The notes under the pieces are model-generated. The model was given only the letters and a program-made list of their open reading frames with translations. It did no database searches and was not told where the DNA came from. The position numbers were made by a program, and so were the translations under genes. Below are positions 1-8,807 of a stretch of DNA of 18,277 bases, one piece after another. The stretch covers positions 1-18,277 of the forward strand of contig CASEJD010000175.1 in NCBI GenBank assembly GCA_949288145.1, written 5' to 3'. Source of the DNA: an uncultured Coriobacteriia bacterium. GTDB lineage: Bacteria; Actinomycetota; Coriobacteriia; Coriobacteriales; Eggerthellaceae. The stretch's first letter is position 1. Every line of letters begins with the position of its first letter.

Positions 1-1193
1 AGGTCGCTCACGCGGAACGCGGCCGCTTCGGCGAGCACCTCGTCGAGCACGCGCTCCACCTCGTCTGCCTGCCCCACCTTCCAGCGCGCGAGATTCGACT
101 GCGCGAGCGCGTCCCCCCGCTTGAGCTCGCAGAGCGCGCGCAAAAGCTCAGGCCTGCCGTCAAGCCTGCGGAGCGCGCGCTTCACCGAGCGCGGCGTGGG
201 CGCGATCTCGACATCGTGCATCGCCACCACGGCGAGCACGTCCGCAGTGAAGCGCGCGCTCTTGCGCATCCGGCGCAGCACGCCGCGCGCGAGCGCGACG
301 CTGCGCTGGGGATGGCCGCGGAAGTGCCCGACGCCCTCTTCGTCGACCGTGAGGCACGACGGCTTGCCGAGGTCGTGCAGCAGCGCCGCCCAGCGGACGA
401 GCAGCTCAGGTCGCGCGAGCTCCACCGCCCACGCCGTGTGCTCGTAGGCGTCGTAGCGGTGGTATGGGTTGCGCTGGTCGAGGCCGCGCAAGGGCTCCAG
501 CTCGGGCAGGACCACCGCGATCACGTCGGCGTACCGCATGAGCGCACGGTGCGGACGCTCGCCGAGTAGGATGCCATCGAGCTCATGGGAGATGCGCTCG
601 CCGGAGAGCGCGCGCATGCCGCACGCCTGCCGGCGCAGTGCGGCATCGGTCTTCGGCTCCACCGAGAAGCCCAGCTGCGAGGAGAAGCGGACCGCGCGCA
701 GCACGCGCAGCGCGTCCTCGCGCAAGCGCTCGTCGGGGTCTCCCACCGCGCGGATGGCGCGCGCGTCGATGTCCTCCGCGCCCCCATAAGGATCGAACAT
801 CCCGCGCTGCGGATGGTACGCGAGCGCGTTCATCGTGAAATCGCGACGGGCCAGGTCTTCTTCGATGCTGCTTACGAACGACACGACGTCCGGATGGCGC
901 CCGTCGTGGTACGCGCCGTCAGAGCGGTATGTGGTGACCTCGACGTTGTGCCCGCCCGATCGGACGGTGACGGTGCCGTGCTTCGCTCCCGTCTCAATCA
1001 CCGCGCATCCGCGCGCGGCGAACAGGTCGCGCACCTCCGTCCACCGGGCTGAGGTGGCGACGTCCACGTCTGCCGCAGGACGTCCGAGCAGCGCGTCGCG
1101 CACGAACCCGCCGACGCACCACGCCTCGTGGCCCGCGCCCTCAAGGACGCCGAGCACGGACGCGGCCCATGCGGGAATCTCGATGCCAGCCAA
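1..1193 (-). CDS. cca: CCA-adding enzyme / tRNA nucleotidyltransferase with HD domain; C-terminal end cut by the window edge
   Basis: The minus-strand frame is open from TTG at 1193 to position 1. AGGAGG lies 6 nt upstream of the TTG and an in-frame TGA lies just upstream. It is absent from the ORF track because there is no stop in the window. My translation is LAGIEIPAWAASVLGVLEGAGHEAWCVGGFVRDALLGRPAADVDVAT...EEDLARRDFTMNALAY...AALLHDLGKPS. This shows the GGxVRD...DxD and RRDFTxNA motifs of the PolyA_pol/CCA nucleotidyltransferase head, plus an in-frame HD motif (His codon at 375-377). Confidence 0.85.
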   Translation of the reverse strand, partial: MAGIEIPAWAASVLGVLEGAGHEAWCVGGFVRDALLGRPAADVDVATSARWTEVRDLFAARGCAVIETGAKHGTVTVRSGGHNVEVTTYRSDGAYHDGRHPDVVSFVSSIEEDLARRDFTMNALAYHPQRGMFDPYGGAEDIDARAIRAVGDPDERLREDALRVLRAVRFSSQLGFSVEPKTDAALRRQACGMRALSGERISHELDGILLGERPHRALMRYADVIAVVLPELEPLRGLDQRNPYHRYDAYEHTAWAVELARPELLVRWAALLHDLGKPSCLTVDEEGVGHFRGHPQRSVALARGVLRRMRKSARFTADVLAVVAMHDVEIAPTPRSVKRALRRLDGRPELLRALCELKRGDALAQSNLARWKVGQADEVERVLDEVLAEAAAFRVSD

Positions 1194-1378
1194 GCGGACC
1201 TCCTGTCATGACCGCCGGAATCACAACCACGGCGCACCACGCCACCGTCAGTGCGCGCCCTTACGGGCAATCTCGCAGGAAGCATACCATCCTCATGGCA
1301 TCGTCTCATACTACTTATCACCGTAGGGTATTGCGATAATTTTACATTTCACCTGATAAAAGCAGCTTTTCTTTTGCT
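1194..1378. promoter_or_regulatory. Divergent promoter region between cca (-) and the regulator gene (+)
   Basis: Locally AT-rich stretch at 1320-1378 in a GC-rich background. Plus-strand candidates are TTGCGA (1331-1336), a 17-nt spacer, then TGATAA (1354-1359); alternatively TGcGATAAT (1332-1340). A 13-bp palindrome AAAAGC-A-GCTTTT sits at about 1358-1370. No element is verified. Confidence 0.35.
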
Positions 1379-4045
1379 ATGATAAACACTCCTGCCGCGG
1401 TGGAAAGGGATTGGAACGTCATGGACACGTTCATCCGCTCGTGCGCGTGCGAAGGCCGCAGGCCTCCGGGCGTGCACCCTGCGCGCTGCCTTCCACGCTA
1501 CGGCCTCATGGCCAAGATGATGCAGGATCGTGGGGCGGTCCGCTACATCACGGCGCCGTCGCGCTATGGCAAAAGCTGCGCCGCGTTCGGGTACGCCGAG
1601 GACATCTTCCGCCTCAAGAACGTATTCTGGATTCCCGCCGGAGACCCTCGCTTCCTGCGCGACCTCGACCAGGGCGACCTTGCCGACTACCTGCTCGCCT
1701 CCTCCTCGCGCCCGAGCCTGCTCGTGCTCGATGACCTGCCGCACTTGGAGCTCGAACGAAGCGAGGGCCTCTCTGCCGCACTGGAGATTCTGCTTTCCCG
1801 CGAATGGGAGACGGTGGTCACCGCCCTGCCCTCGCGCGACAACACCGGCTCGCTCGACGTGCCCGTCATGAAGCTCGACGTGGAAGACTTGCTGCTCAGC
1901 GAAGACGAGCATGACAAGCTTGCCTCCCTGCCGCTTGATGCGGGATGCACCAGCTCGCGCATCCCCGGGCTTGCCTGGGCGCCGCCCGAGGAGCGAAGGA
2001 CGTTCCTGGCGCACGTCCTGGAAGAGGACCTTCCCTCGGAACTGCAGTTCGCCCACCTGACCATGCTCGTGCTCGGGCACGGGAGCCTCTCTGACGTAGC
2101 GCGACTGCAGGGTCGAGAAATCGACAGCGTGCTCGCCATCTTGAGCCGGCAGCATCCCTACCTGTGCATCGACCGCGACGCGGGAACGTTCAAGGTCGAA
2201 GGCATCCCCGAGGCGACGGTCCTCGACGCGGTGCGGCCGTGCATGGACCGAGCCGTTCGCGCCGTGCGGGGAGCCACGGTCGACGAATGGGCGTCAAAGA
2301 TGGCGGACCTCCTCGTAGGCCAAGAGCGCGATGCGCGCGCCTGCGACGCCGTGCGCATGCTGTGCTCCTGCTCCACGCGCGAAGCATGGCTGGAGCGCCG
2401 GCAGCGCAAGCTGTCGTTCGATGGATGCCTGCTACCCGCTCAACGGCTTGCCGACTCCATCGTGCGCGTTCGCGCTCGCACGCGCGACGTCGTGCGGGTT
2501 GGAACGGCCTGGCGCCTGCTCGCCCTCGGCGAGGACGAACGAGCGCTCATGGAAGCGCGTGCGGTGGTGGAGGACTTCGAGGCCGAAGACGACGCGCGCC
2601 TTTCTGCGAGCGTCCTTTTGGCCCACTCCCCCGCAGACCGCGCGCAGGCGCTCCCGCTCGTGGTGCGGTTCGCCCGCTGCAGCGCGGTCGACGCGGCGGA
2701 CGGCCTTGCTGCCGCAGAACGCTCATGCAGGCACGCGCTGGAGCTCTGGCATGACGGCCGCGCGTCGGAGAAGGACGCGCACCGCGCGTGCGCCCGCTGG
2801 ATGGCGCTCGCGTTCGCGGCCTCAAGGAACGGCACGGTCAAAGCGCTCGTGACGGCGAAAGAGCAGGCGGAGGCGGCGCAGGACATGAAGGAGCCCGCCG
2901 ACGGGTCGCTCTCGAGCACGCTGCTCGCCATCGCCTTCGACGCCGCCTCCCGGCTGCGCAAGGCAGGCGGGCTCTCCAAAGAGGCCAAGCGCGCCGTGCA
3001 GGACGTCCGCTCGCTTGCCGTGCGGGCTATCGTGCGGGCATCGCACAGCGGCCGCCCAGACGCGTACACCTTGCGCTTGGTGGACAAAAGCGCGCTGTCC
3101 GTCTCGTCGCTGCTGAAGTCGGGCGCCGACGCGGCCTACCTCGAGCGCTTGCGCGAGCTGGAGGAGGACCTGGCGGCGCAGCGCGCAGCGCACGCCAAGG
3201 AGCGGGCGCGACGCCCGCACGGGAGGACCGACGCCGCGCGCGCCTCCGCGCCGTCCGTCCCGCAGCTGCGCCTGAAGTTCTTCGGCGGCATGGAGGCTTA
3301 CGTGGGCGCGCGCCTGGTCGACCCCGCGCTGTTCAGGCGACAGAAGGTGCAGACGCTCGCGACGCTGCTCGCCATCGCACGCGGTCGGGAGGTGGGAATC
3401 GACCATCTGGTCGACACGCTGTGGCCCGCGTCCACCGCATCGCGGGCGCGGAACAACTTCTACAGCACCTGGTCGTTGCTCAAGCGAGCGCTCGAGGTGG
3501 CGCCGAAGGACTGCCCCTACCTCGTGCGGTTGCAGAACAGCTGCCGCATGGAGGCGTCGCTCGTCACCACCGACGTCGACGAGTTCCTCTCGCTGTGCGA
3601 CAAGCTGCAATTCTCCACGCCGGACTCGGCGCTCTTGCCCGCCATGTTCTCGCGCCTTGACGAGCTCTACTCGGGCGACCTGCTGCCGAGCGAGCGCGAG
3701 AACCCGAGCATCGTGGCGTACCGCAGCGAGCTCAAAGCGCGCCTTGTCGACGCCTTGTTGGCGGCATCGGCGCGGGCGCACGACGCGAGCGAGAGCGTCG
3801 TGGCGCTGCAGGCGGCACGCACGGCGTTGCGCCACGACGAAGGACGCGAAGACGCCTACGACGCGCTCATGCGCGCGCAGACGGCAGCCGGCCAGCGCTC
3901 CGGCGCCATGGAGACGTTCTTCCAATGCCGGCGCTACCTGAACGAGTCGCTCGGCATCGACCCCTCGCAGCGGACCTCCGCGCTCTACCAACGCCTGCTC
4001 GACGAGGAGGCTCCCGCCGGCGAGCAGCTGCGGCTGCCCATTTAG
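1379..4045 (+). CDS. Large transcriptional regulator: N-terminal P-loop (STAND/AAA-like) NTPase, helical middle region, C-terminal SARP-type winged-helix DNA-binding domain + BTAD
   Basis: 888-aa ORF. Walker A-like APSRYGKS is at nt 1568-1576 and Walker B-like LLVLDD at about nt 1715-1735. The C-terminal third (from about nt 3263) reads LRLKFFGGMEAYVGARLVDPALFRRQKVQTLATLLAIARGREVGIDHLVDTLWP...NNFYSTWSLLKRAL, an OmpR/SARP wHTH pattern. It continues with VDEF...LDELYSGDLLP...HDEGREDAYDALMRAQTAAGQRSGAMETFFQCRRYLNESLGIDPSQRTSALYQRLL, a BTAD pattern. The start is uncertain: ATG 1379 has no SD, ATG 1421 is preceded by GAAAGGGA about 11 nt upstream, and ATG 1508 is also possible. Confidence 0.8.
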   Translation: MINTPAAVERDWNVMDTFIRSCACEGRRPPGVHPARCLPRYGLMAKMMQDRGAVRYITAPSRYGKSCAAFGYAEDIFRLKNVFWIPAGDPRFLRDLDQGDLADYLLASSSRPSLLVLDDLPHLELERSEGLSAALEILLSREWETVVTALPSRDNTGSLDVPVMKLDVEDLLLSEDEHDKLASLPLDAGCTSSRIPGLAWAPPEERRTFLAHVLEEDLPSELQFAHLTMLVLGHGSLSDVARLQGREIDSVLAILSRQHPYLCIDRDAGTFKVEGIPEATVLDAVRPCMDRAVRAVRGATVDEWASKMADLLVGQERDARACDAVRMLCSCSTREAWLERRQRKLSFDGCLLPAQRLADSIVRVRARTRDVVRVGTAWRLLALGEDERALMEARAVVEDFEAEDDARLSASVLLAHSPADRAQALPLVVRFARCSAVDAADGLAAAERSCRHALELWHDGRASEKDAHRACARWMALAFAASRNGTVKALVTAKEQAEAAQDMKEPADGSLSSTLLAIAFDAASRLRKAGGLSKEAKRAVQDVRSLAVRAIVRASHSGRPDAYTLRLVDKSALSVSSLLKSGADAAYLERLRELEEDLAAQRAAHAKERARRPHGRTDAARASAPSVPQLRLKFFGGMEAYVGARLVDPALFRRQKVQTLATLLAIARGREVGIDHLVDTLWPASTASRARNNFYSTWSLLKRALEVAPKDCPYLVRLQNSCRMEASLVTTDVDEFLSLCDKLQFSTPDSALLPAMFSRLDELYSGDLLPSERENPSIVAYRSELKARLVDALLAASARAHDASESVVALQAARTALRHDEGREDAYDALMRAQTAAGQRSGAMETFFQCRRYLNESLGIDPSQRTSALYQRLLDEEAPAGEQLRLPI

Positions 4046-4105
4046 TGCACGCGTCAGCCAGCACGGCGCTTCGGGACGCACGACGGCCCGGGAGCGGAAT
4101 GAACT

Positions 4106-4157
4106 GCCTCCCATTTCTTGGACTAGAAGTAAAGTCCTCGAGATGGGAGGCTTTTTC
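4106..4157 (+). terminator. Rho-independent terminator downstream of the regulator gene, in the convergent gap with the MFS gene
   Basis: GCCTCCCATTTCTTGGACT (4106-4124), an 8-nt loop, then AGTCCTCGAGATGGGAGGC (to 4151). The stem is 19 bp with 3 mismatches and is followed by TTTTT (4152-4156) on the + strand. Confidence 0.6.
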
Positions 4158-4185
4158 ATGACCATTTACGGCGAGACGGCGCTTG

Positions 4186-5502
4186 CTACGCCTGGCCCGC
4201 CTTCACCTGCTGGGCAAGGCGCTTTGCCGCCGGCTCGGAGGCCAGCAGCAACGCCAGCATGGCGACGCCGCCCACCGCGCACGCGACCCACATGGGCGCG
4301 AACGACAGGAACGCGTCGAACACGCGGCCGGAGACGATCGTTCCGATGGCGTAGCCGAGCATCTGCAGGCTCGTGAGCCAGCCGGTGACCTTGCCAATCT
4401 CGCCGGCGCCGAAGAGCTTCGCCGCCACGAGCGGCGGCGCCACCGTGCCCATGCACGTGCCGATGCCGAAGAAGAACGCCGAGCCCATCGGGGCGATGTC
4501 GGTGGTCGGGAAGCACATGCAGATCAGGCCGGCGATGCAGCATGCGCTGCCCATGATGACGCCCGCGCGCACGCCGAAGCGGTCGTAGACCGCGCCGGTA
4601 CCGATCTTCGCGATGATGACGACCACCATGTTGAACGAGAAGAAGATGCTCGCGAACGCGGCGTCGTGCCCGCCGGTGACCACCGTCTGCCCGTCCATCG
4701 TGACCGCCGTGATGTTGGTGATGGCGTTCGGAATAGCGGCGCCGTTCAGGATGCCCATGACGAAGAAGCCCGCCACGACGAGGAAGAACGAGTAGTGCTT
4801 TCGCACGACCTTCCACGGCACGTCGACGTCGGCGGTCTCATTGACCTTCGCCGCGCCACCGGAGGAGTCCTTAGCGCCGGCGGTGGCGCCCACGCCGTAG
4901 GGCTCCAGACCCTTCACCGCCGGGCGGCTGTAGAACGTGGCGACCGTGATGGGGAACGCCAGGATGAAGCAGACGGCTGCGAGCACCATGAAGGCGGTGC
5001 GCCAGCCCGTCGAGACGATGAGGCCGCTGATGATCGGCGAGAGCACCGCGCCGCCGAAGCCCGAGCCCGACAGCGCGAGCGCCACAGCAAGGCCGCGTTT
5101 CTTCACGAACCAGTTCGTGACGACGATGGAGATGAGCAGGCGCGTGCCCGCGATGACGACCAGGCCGTCGATCGCGAAAAACAGCATGAGCTGCCACAGC
5201 TCGCTCACCTGCGAGAAGCCCACGAGCACGAGCGCCGTGACAACGACGGAGAACCCGCCGAGCACGCGGCCCGGGAACTTGTCCACCACGCCGCCGATGA
5301 CGAGCGCGCCCACGATGGACACGAGCGTCGACAGCGAGTTGGCGGTGTTGTAGTCGCCCACCGTGATACCGAGGTCGGAGACGATGTGCGGCTGGAACAG
5401 CGACATGCCGTTCACCATGGCTGTGTAGCACGTTGCCATGATGAAGAAGCCTGCAGCGACGACCCACCATCCGAAGAACGGCCGTTTAGCCTTCGCGTTC
5501 AT
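4186..5502 (-). CDS. MFS transporter (12-TM type; substrate unknown)
   Basis: 438-aa ORF that is hydrophobic throughout. MFS loop motifs GGVVDKFPGRVLG (TM2-3) and YDRFGVRAG (TM8-9) are present. GGAGG (5509-5513) lies 6 nt upstream of ATG 5502. Only 30 nt separate it from the upstream M20 gene, so the two are probably co-transcribed. Confidence 0.85.
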   Translation of the reverse strand: MNAKAKRPFFGWWVVAAGFFIMATCYTAMVNGMSLFQPHIVSDLGITVGDYNTANSLSTLVSIVGALVIGGVVDKFPGRVLGGFSVVVTALVLVGFSQVSELWQLMLFFAIDGLVVIAGTRLLISIVVTNWFVKKRGLAVALALSGSGFGGAVLSPIISGLIVSTGWRTAFMVLAAVCFILAFPITVATFYSRPAVKGLEPYGVGATAGAKDSSGGAAKVNETADVDVPWKVVRKHYSFFLVVAGFFVMGILNGAAIPNAITNITAVTMDGQTVVTGGHDAAFASIFFSFNMVVVIIAKIGTGAVYDRFGVRAGVIMGSACCIAGLICMCFPTTDIAPMGSAFFFGIGTCMGTVAPPLVAAKLFGAGEIGKVTGWLTSLQMLGYAIGTIVSGRVFDAFLSFAPMWVACAVGGVAMLALLLASEPAAKRLAQQVKAGQA

Positions 5503-5532
5503 GTTTGTCCTCCCCTTCTTTCGCAGGTCCCG

Positions 5533-6753
5533 CTAGCGGGCGTGCAGGTTGAGCCAGCGGACGGCGCTGCACGCGTAGAGCGCGGCGCCCATCCACAGGA
5601 CGTCCTCGTCGATGACCATGCGCGGGTTGTGGTGCGGCGCCATGCTGGGGCCGCCCGCGCCGAGCAGGATGTAGGCGCTCGGCACCTCCTCGCTCACGTG
5701 GCCGAAGTCCTCCGTGCCCTGCATGGGCACGCCTTGCTTCACGCCGCTCACCCCGGCGACCGCCTCGAAGGCGGGCATGAGGCTCACGAGCAGCTCTTCG
5801 TTGTTGAAGGCGATCGGGCAGTTGAAGACGCTCAATCGGTAGTCCGCGCGCCATGCCTTCACGTAATGGTCGATGATCTCAGGGATGCGCTCGAGCACGT
5901 GCGATCGCGCCACGACGTCGCGACTGCGCAGGCCGAAGTGCATCTCGGCGGTGTCCGGCAGCACGTTGGAGGCGTTGCCGGCCTTCATGACGCCGCAGGA
6001 GAGCGTGGTGGGCGTGCCCGGGGCGATCTCGCGCGTCATGAACAGGTTGATGGCCTCGTAGACCTGGTTCGCCACCATGAGCGGGTCGATGCACTGGTGC
6101 GGCGCCGACGTGTGGCCGCCGCGCCCCTGGATGTGCAGGGCGAACGTGTCGAGCGAGGAGCTCGTGACGCCCGGCGTGTAGACGACCATGCCCTTCGGCT
6201 CCGTCGACATGATATGGAGCGCGAAGGCGGCGTCGACGTGCGGGTCCTCCAGCAGCCCATCCTCGATCATGGTGCGCGCGCCGTAACCAAGCTCCTCACC
6301 CGGCTGGAACATGAGCTTCACCGTGCCCTTGAGCTCGGATTCGCGGCGCTTCAAGATCTGCGCCGCCGAAAGCAGCATGGCGGCATGGGTGTCGTGGCCG
6401 CAGAGGTGGCTGCACGGGCGTTGCGAGCGGAACGGCAGGTCGTTCTCCTCCACGATGGGCAGCGCGTCGTAGTCAGCGCGCAGCAGGATGCACGGCGCCC
6501 CAGACCCGATGGTGGCCACGATGCCCGTCGAGTGCTCCATGCGCGGGAAGCCCATGTCCACGTACTTCTGGGTCAGGTCCTCGCGCATGACGCCGCACGG
6601 ATGCCACGGGATGCCCATCTCGTCAAGGCGCCCTGCCACGTAAGCGGCCGTCTCCGGCAGGTCCATGCCCACTTCGGGAATTTGATGCAGGCGCCTGCGG
6701 TCTGCCACGACGACGTCTTGCAGATCGCGCGCCTCCTGCACGAGCTCTTTCAC
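5533..6753 (-). CDS. M20D-family amidohydrolase (N-acyl-amino acid / hippurate-hydrolase-like metallopeptidase)
   Basis: The ORF-track protein contains RRLHQIPE, ALLRADYDALP, CGHDTH, MFQPGEE and GRGGHTSAPH, which are typical M20D (AmhX/HipO/ILR1-like) blocks. The track ORF runs to 6813. I place the start at GTG 6753 (VKELVQEARDL...) because GGGGAG (6757-6762) sits just upstream. Confidence 0.85.
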   Translation of the reverse strand: MKELVQEARDLQDVVVADRRRLHQIPEVGMDLPETAAYVAGRLDEMGIPWHPCGVMREDLTQKYVDMGFPRMEHSTGIVATIGSGAPCILLRADYDALPIVEENDLPFRSQRPCSHLCGHDTHAAMLLSAAQILKRRESELKGTVKLMFQPGEELGYGARTMIEDGLLEDPHVDAAFALHIMSTEPKGMVVYTPGVTSSSLDTFALHIQGRGGHTSAPHQCIDPLMVANQVYEAINLFMTREIAPGTPTTLSCGVMKAGNASNVLPDTAEMHFGLRSRDVVARSHVLERIPEIIDHYVKAWRADYRLSVFNCPIAFNNEELLVSLMPAFEAVAGVSGVKQGVPMQGTEDFGHVSEEVPSAYILLGAGGPSMAPHHNPRMVIDEDVLWMGAALYACSAVRWLNLHAR

Positions 6754-7139
6754 AGTCTCCCCTTTCGGAACGCCGACCCCCTGACACCGGCGTCCAGGTC
6801 TCTTCGATATCACTTTGAAAGCATCAGTATGCGCCCCTTTTACAAAAAAATGGCGAAAAATGTACCGATTATTTCTTTGAGCGTGCCAGATTTTTCTCGA
6901 ATCGCACGGAAATCACGCTCGTGCGCGCTGTCGGGACGCGTCCCGGGCGTCAGCATGCGCGTCGCCCAAACCAGCATGCACGCCGAACGACGGCAGAGCG
7001 CAACCCGCCGCGCGCCCGTGCTACCGCGCGCGTTGCCGGGGAGTTCGGTTCGTGCAACAATGGCCGAGAAGCCGCGATGCGGCAGCGCCGGAGCGCCCAC
7101 GAGGCGCCCCTCCCGGCGGTTTGGAGAGGAGCACAGCAC
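6754..7139. promoter_or_regulatory. 386-nt divergent intergenic/regulatory region between the M20-MFS operon (-) and the amidohydrolase gene (+)
   Basis: AT-rich core at about 6800-6900. It carries two AAAAATG direct repeats 10 nt apart (6846-6852 and 6856-6862) followed by GATTAT (6867-6872). A GC-rich stretch follows at about 6920-7139 with the palindrome CGGGACGCGTCCCG (6932-6945) and a hairpin at 7086-7118 just before SD GGAGAGGAG (7123-7131). Confidence 0.4.
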
Positions 7140-8780
7140 ATGACACCTGACGGTAGCTTGTTCGTCGTGAACGCGAACGTGTTCACCGCGGACGAAGAGA
7201 ACCCGCACGCGGACGCCTTCATCGTCGAGGACGGACGCATTTCCTGGATCGGCACCGAGGCCGATGCGCCGGCGTGCGACCTGCCGCGCCTTGACGCGAA
7301 GGGCGCGCGCGTGATCCCCGGCTTCGTGGACGCGCACATGCACCCCGTCATGCTGGCGGAGATGAACACGCAGATCGCGGCGCTGCCGCCTGCCGTCCAC
7401 TCCATCGAGGAGCTCGTGGCCGCCGTGGCCGAGCGCCGCGCGGCGGAGGGCTTCGATCCCGAGCACGATTGGATCGAGGGCTGGGGCTACGACGAGGCGA
7501 AGTTCACCGAGCACCGCTCGCCCACCCGATGGGACCTCGACCGCGGCTGCTCCGACGCGCCGGTGTGCATCCTGCGCGCGTGCGCCCACGTGCGCTGCGT
7601 GAACAGCAAGGCGCTCGAGCTCGCGGGCATCACGCGCGACACGCCCGATCCGGACGGCGGCGTCATCGAGCGCGACGAGAACGGCGAGCCCACCGGCGTG
7701 CTGCGCGAGAACGCCCGCAACCTGGTGACGGCCGTCATGCCCGAGACGAGCACCGAAGAGACCGCCCAGCAGCTCGTCGAACTGGGCCGGCTGCTGTCCT
7801 CCCAGGGCATCGTGGCGGTCACCGACATGGGCGCCCTGGACGACACCGACAACATGCCCATCATCAAGCGCGCCATCGAGCTCGGCTTCGAGCAGGAAGT
7901 GGGCGTCTACTACATGTGGGACCACTGGATGGACAAGCCGGGCTTCGACGTCACGCCCGCCGACATGGACCGCGGCAACCAGGCGTTCGTGTGCGGCCTC
8001 AAGCTCATCGGCGACGGCAGCATCTCGGGCCAGACGGCCTGGATGGACGAGCCGTTCCTGAAACCTGACGGCACGCCGCGCGACGACGCCGACGCCTGCG
8101 GTCTTCCTGTCTGCAGCGACAAGGAGACCACGACGGCCATCGAGTTCTGCAAGGCGCACCACTGCCAGCTCTCGCTGCACGCCATGGGCGGGCGAGCCAT
8201 CGAGCGCATGCTCGACTTCGTGGAGGACGAGAAGCCCTGGACCGACGGCGACGCGCCGTACCTGCGCTTCGAGCACGTGACGCTGCCCTCCGACCGCAGC
8301 GTGCAGCGCGTGGTCGAGAAGGGCATCGGCATCGCGAGCCAGCCCATCTTCCCCTACGCCGAGATCGAGGCGTACCTGGGCAACCTCGGCCACGAGCGCA
8401 CGCGCCGCTGCTACGCCTATCGCTCGCTGCTCGACGCCGGCGTGCGCCTGTGCTTCTCCACCGACGCGCCGGCCACGTCGTGGGCCGTGCCGTCCGACCC
8501 GTTCCCGTGCATCAAGGGCGCCGTCACGCGCCACGCCTACGAGGGCACGGACTTCGGCGAGGACGAGGCCGTGGACGTTGAGACCGCGGTGACGCTCTAC
8601 ACCCGCGAGGCCGCCCGCATGGCCGGCTTCGATGGGCTGGGCGTGCTGAAACCGGGCGCGAAGGGCAGCTTCGCCGTGCTCGACCGCGACATCTTCTCCG
8701 TGCCCGCCGACGAGATCGACCAGGTGCGGGTGCAGGCCACCTACGTGCGCGGCACCTGCGTGTACGAGCGCGAAGCCTAA
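7140..8780 (+). CDS. Metal-dependent amidohydrolase, YtcJ-like (Amidohydro_3 family)
   Basis: [38 protein letters not shown]...[11 protein letters not shown] (HxH metal site)...[19 protein letters not shown]...[11 protein letters not shown]...RFEHVTL...FSTDAP. ATG 7140 is preceded by GGAGAGGAG. The upstream in-frame extension to 6921 in the track has no family-like sequence. Confidence 0.85.
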   Translation: MTPDGSLFVVNANVFTADEENPHADAFIVEDGRISWIGTEADAPACDLPRLDAKGARVIPGFVDAHMHPVMLAEMNTQIAALPPAVHSIEELVAAVAERRAAEGFDPEHDWIEGWGYDEAKFTEHRSPTRWDLDRGCSDAPVCILRACAHVRCVNSKALELAGITRDTPDPDGGVIERDENGEPTGVLRENARNLVTAVMPETSTEETAQQLVELGRLLSSQGIVAVTDMGALDDTDNMPIIKRAIELGFEQEVGVYYMWDHWMDKPGFDVTPADMDRGNQAFVCGLKLIGDGSISGQTAWMDEPFLKPDGTPRDDADACGLPVCSDKETTTAIEFCKAHHCQLSLHAMGGRAIERMLDFVEDEKPWTDGDAPYLRFEHVTLPSDRSVQRVVEKGIGIASQPIFPYAEIEAYLGNLGHERTRRCYAYRSLLDAGVRLCFSTDAPATSWAVPSDPFPCIKGAVTRHAYEGTDFGEDEAVDVETAVTLYTREAARMAGFDGLGVLKPGAKGSFAVLDRDIFSVPADEIDQVRVQATYVRGTCVYEREA

Positions 8781-8807
8781 CCGACCGCGATAGACCGCGA
8801 AACCACG

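Noticed and set aside
4183-7143. 986-aa plus-strand ORF, the longest in the track, spanning the MFS and M20 genes
   Set aside because: It is antisense to two ORFs that carry clear family motifs. Its translation is an Arg/Asp/His/Ala/Gly-rich string with no recognisable domain, and it runs straight across an intergenic gap and promoter region. This is a typical stop-poor antisense frame in high-GC DNA.
6840-8534. 564-aa minus-strand ORF opposite the YtcJ-type amidohydrolase (also 2822-4165, 9922-11652, 12074-13444 and 15862-16899)
   Set aside because: All are antisense to genes with strong motif evidence. Several cross terminators, the riboswitch or intergenic regions, and their translations are Arg/Ala/Gly-dominated. 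Treated as non-coding shadow ORFs.
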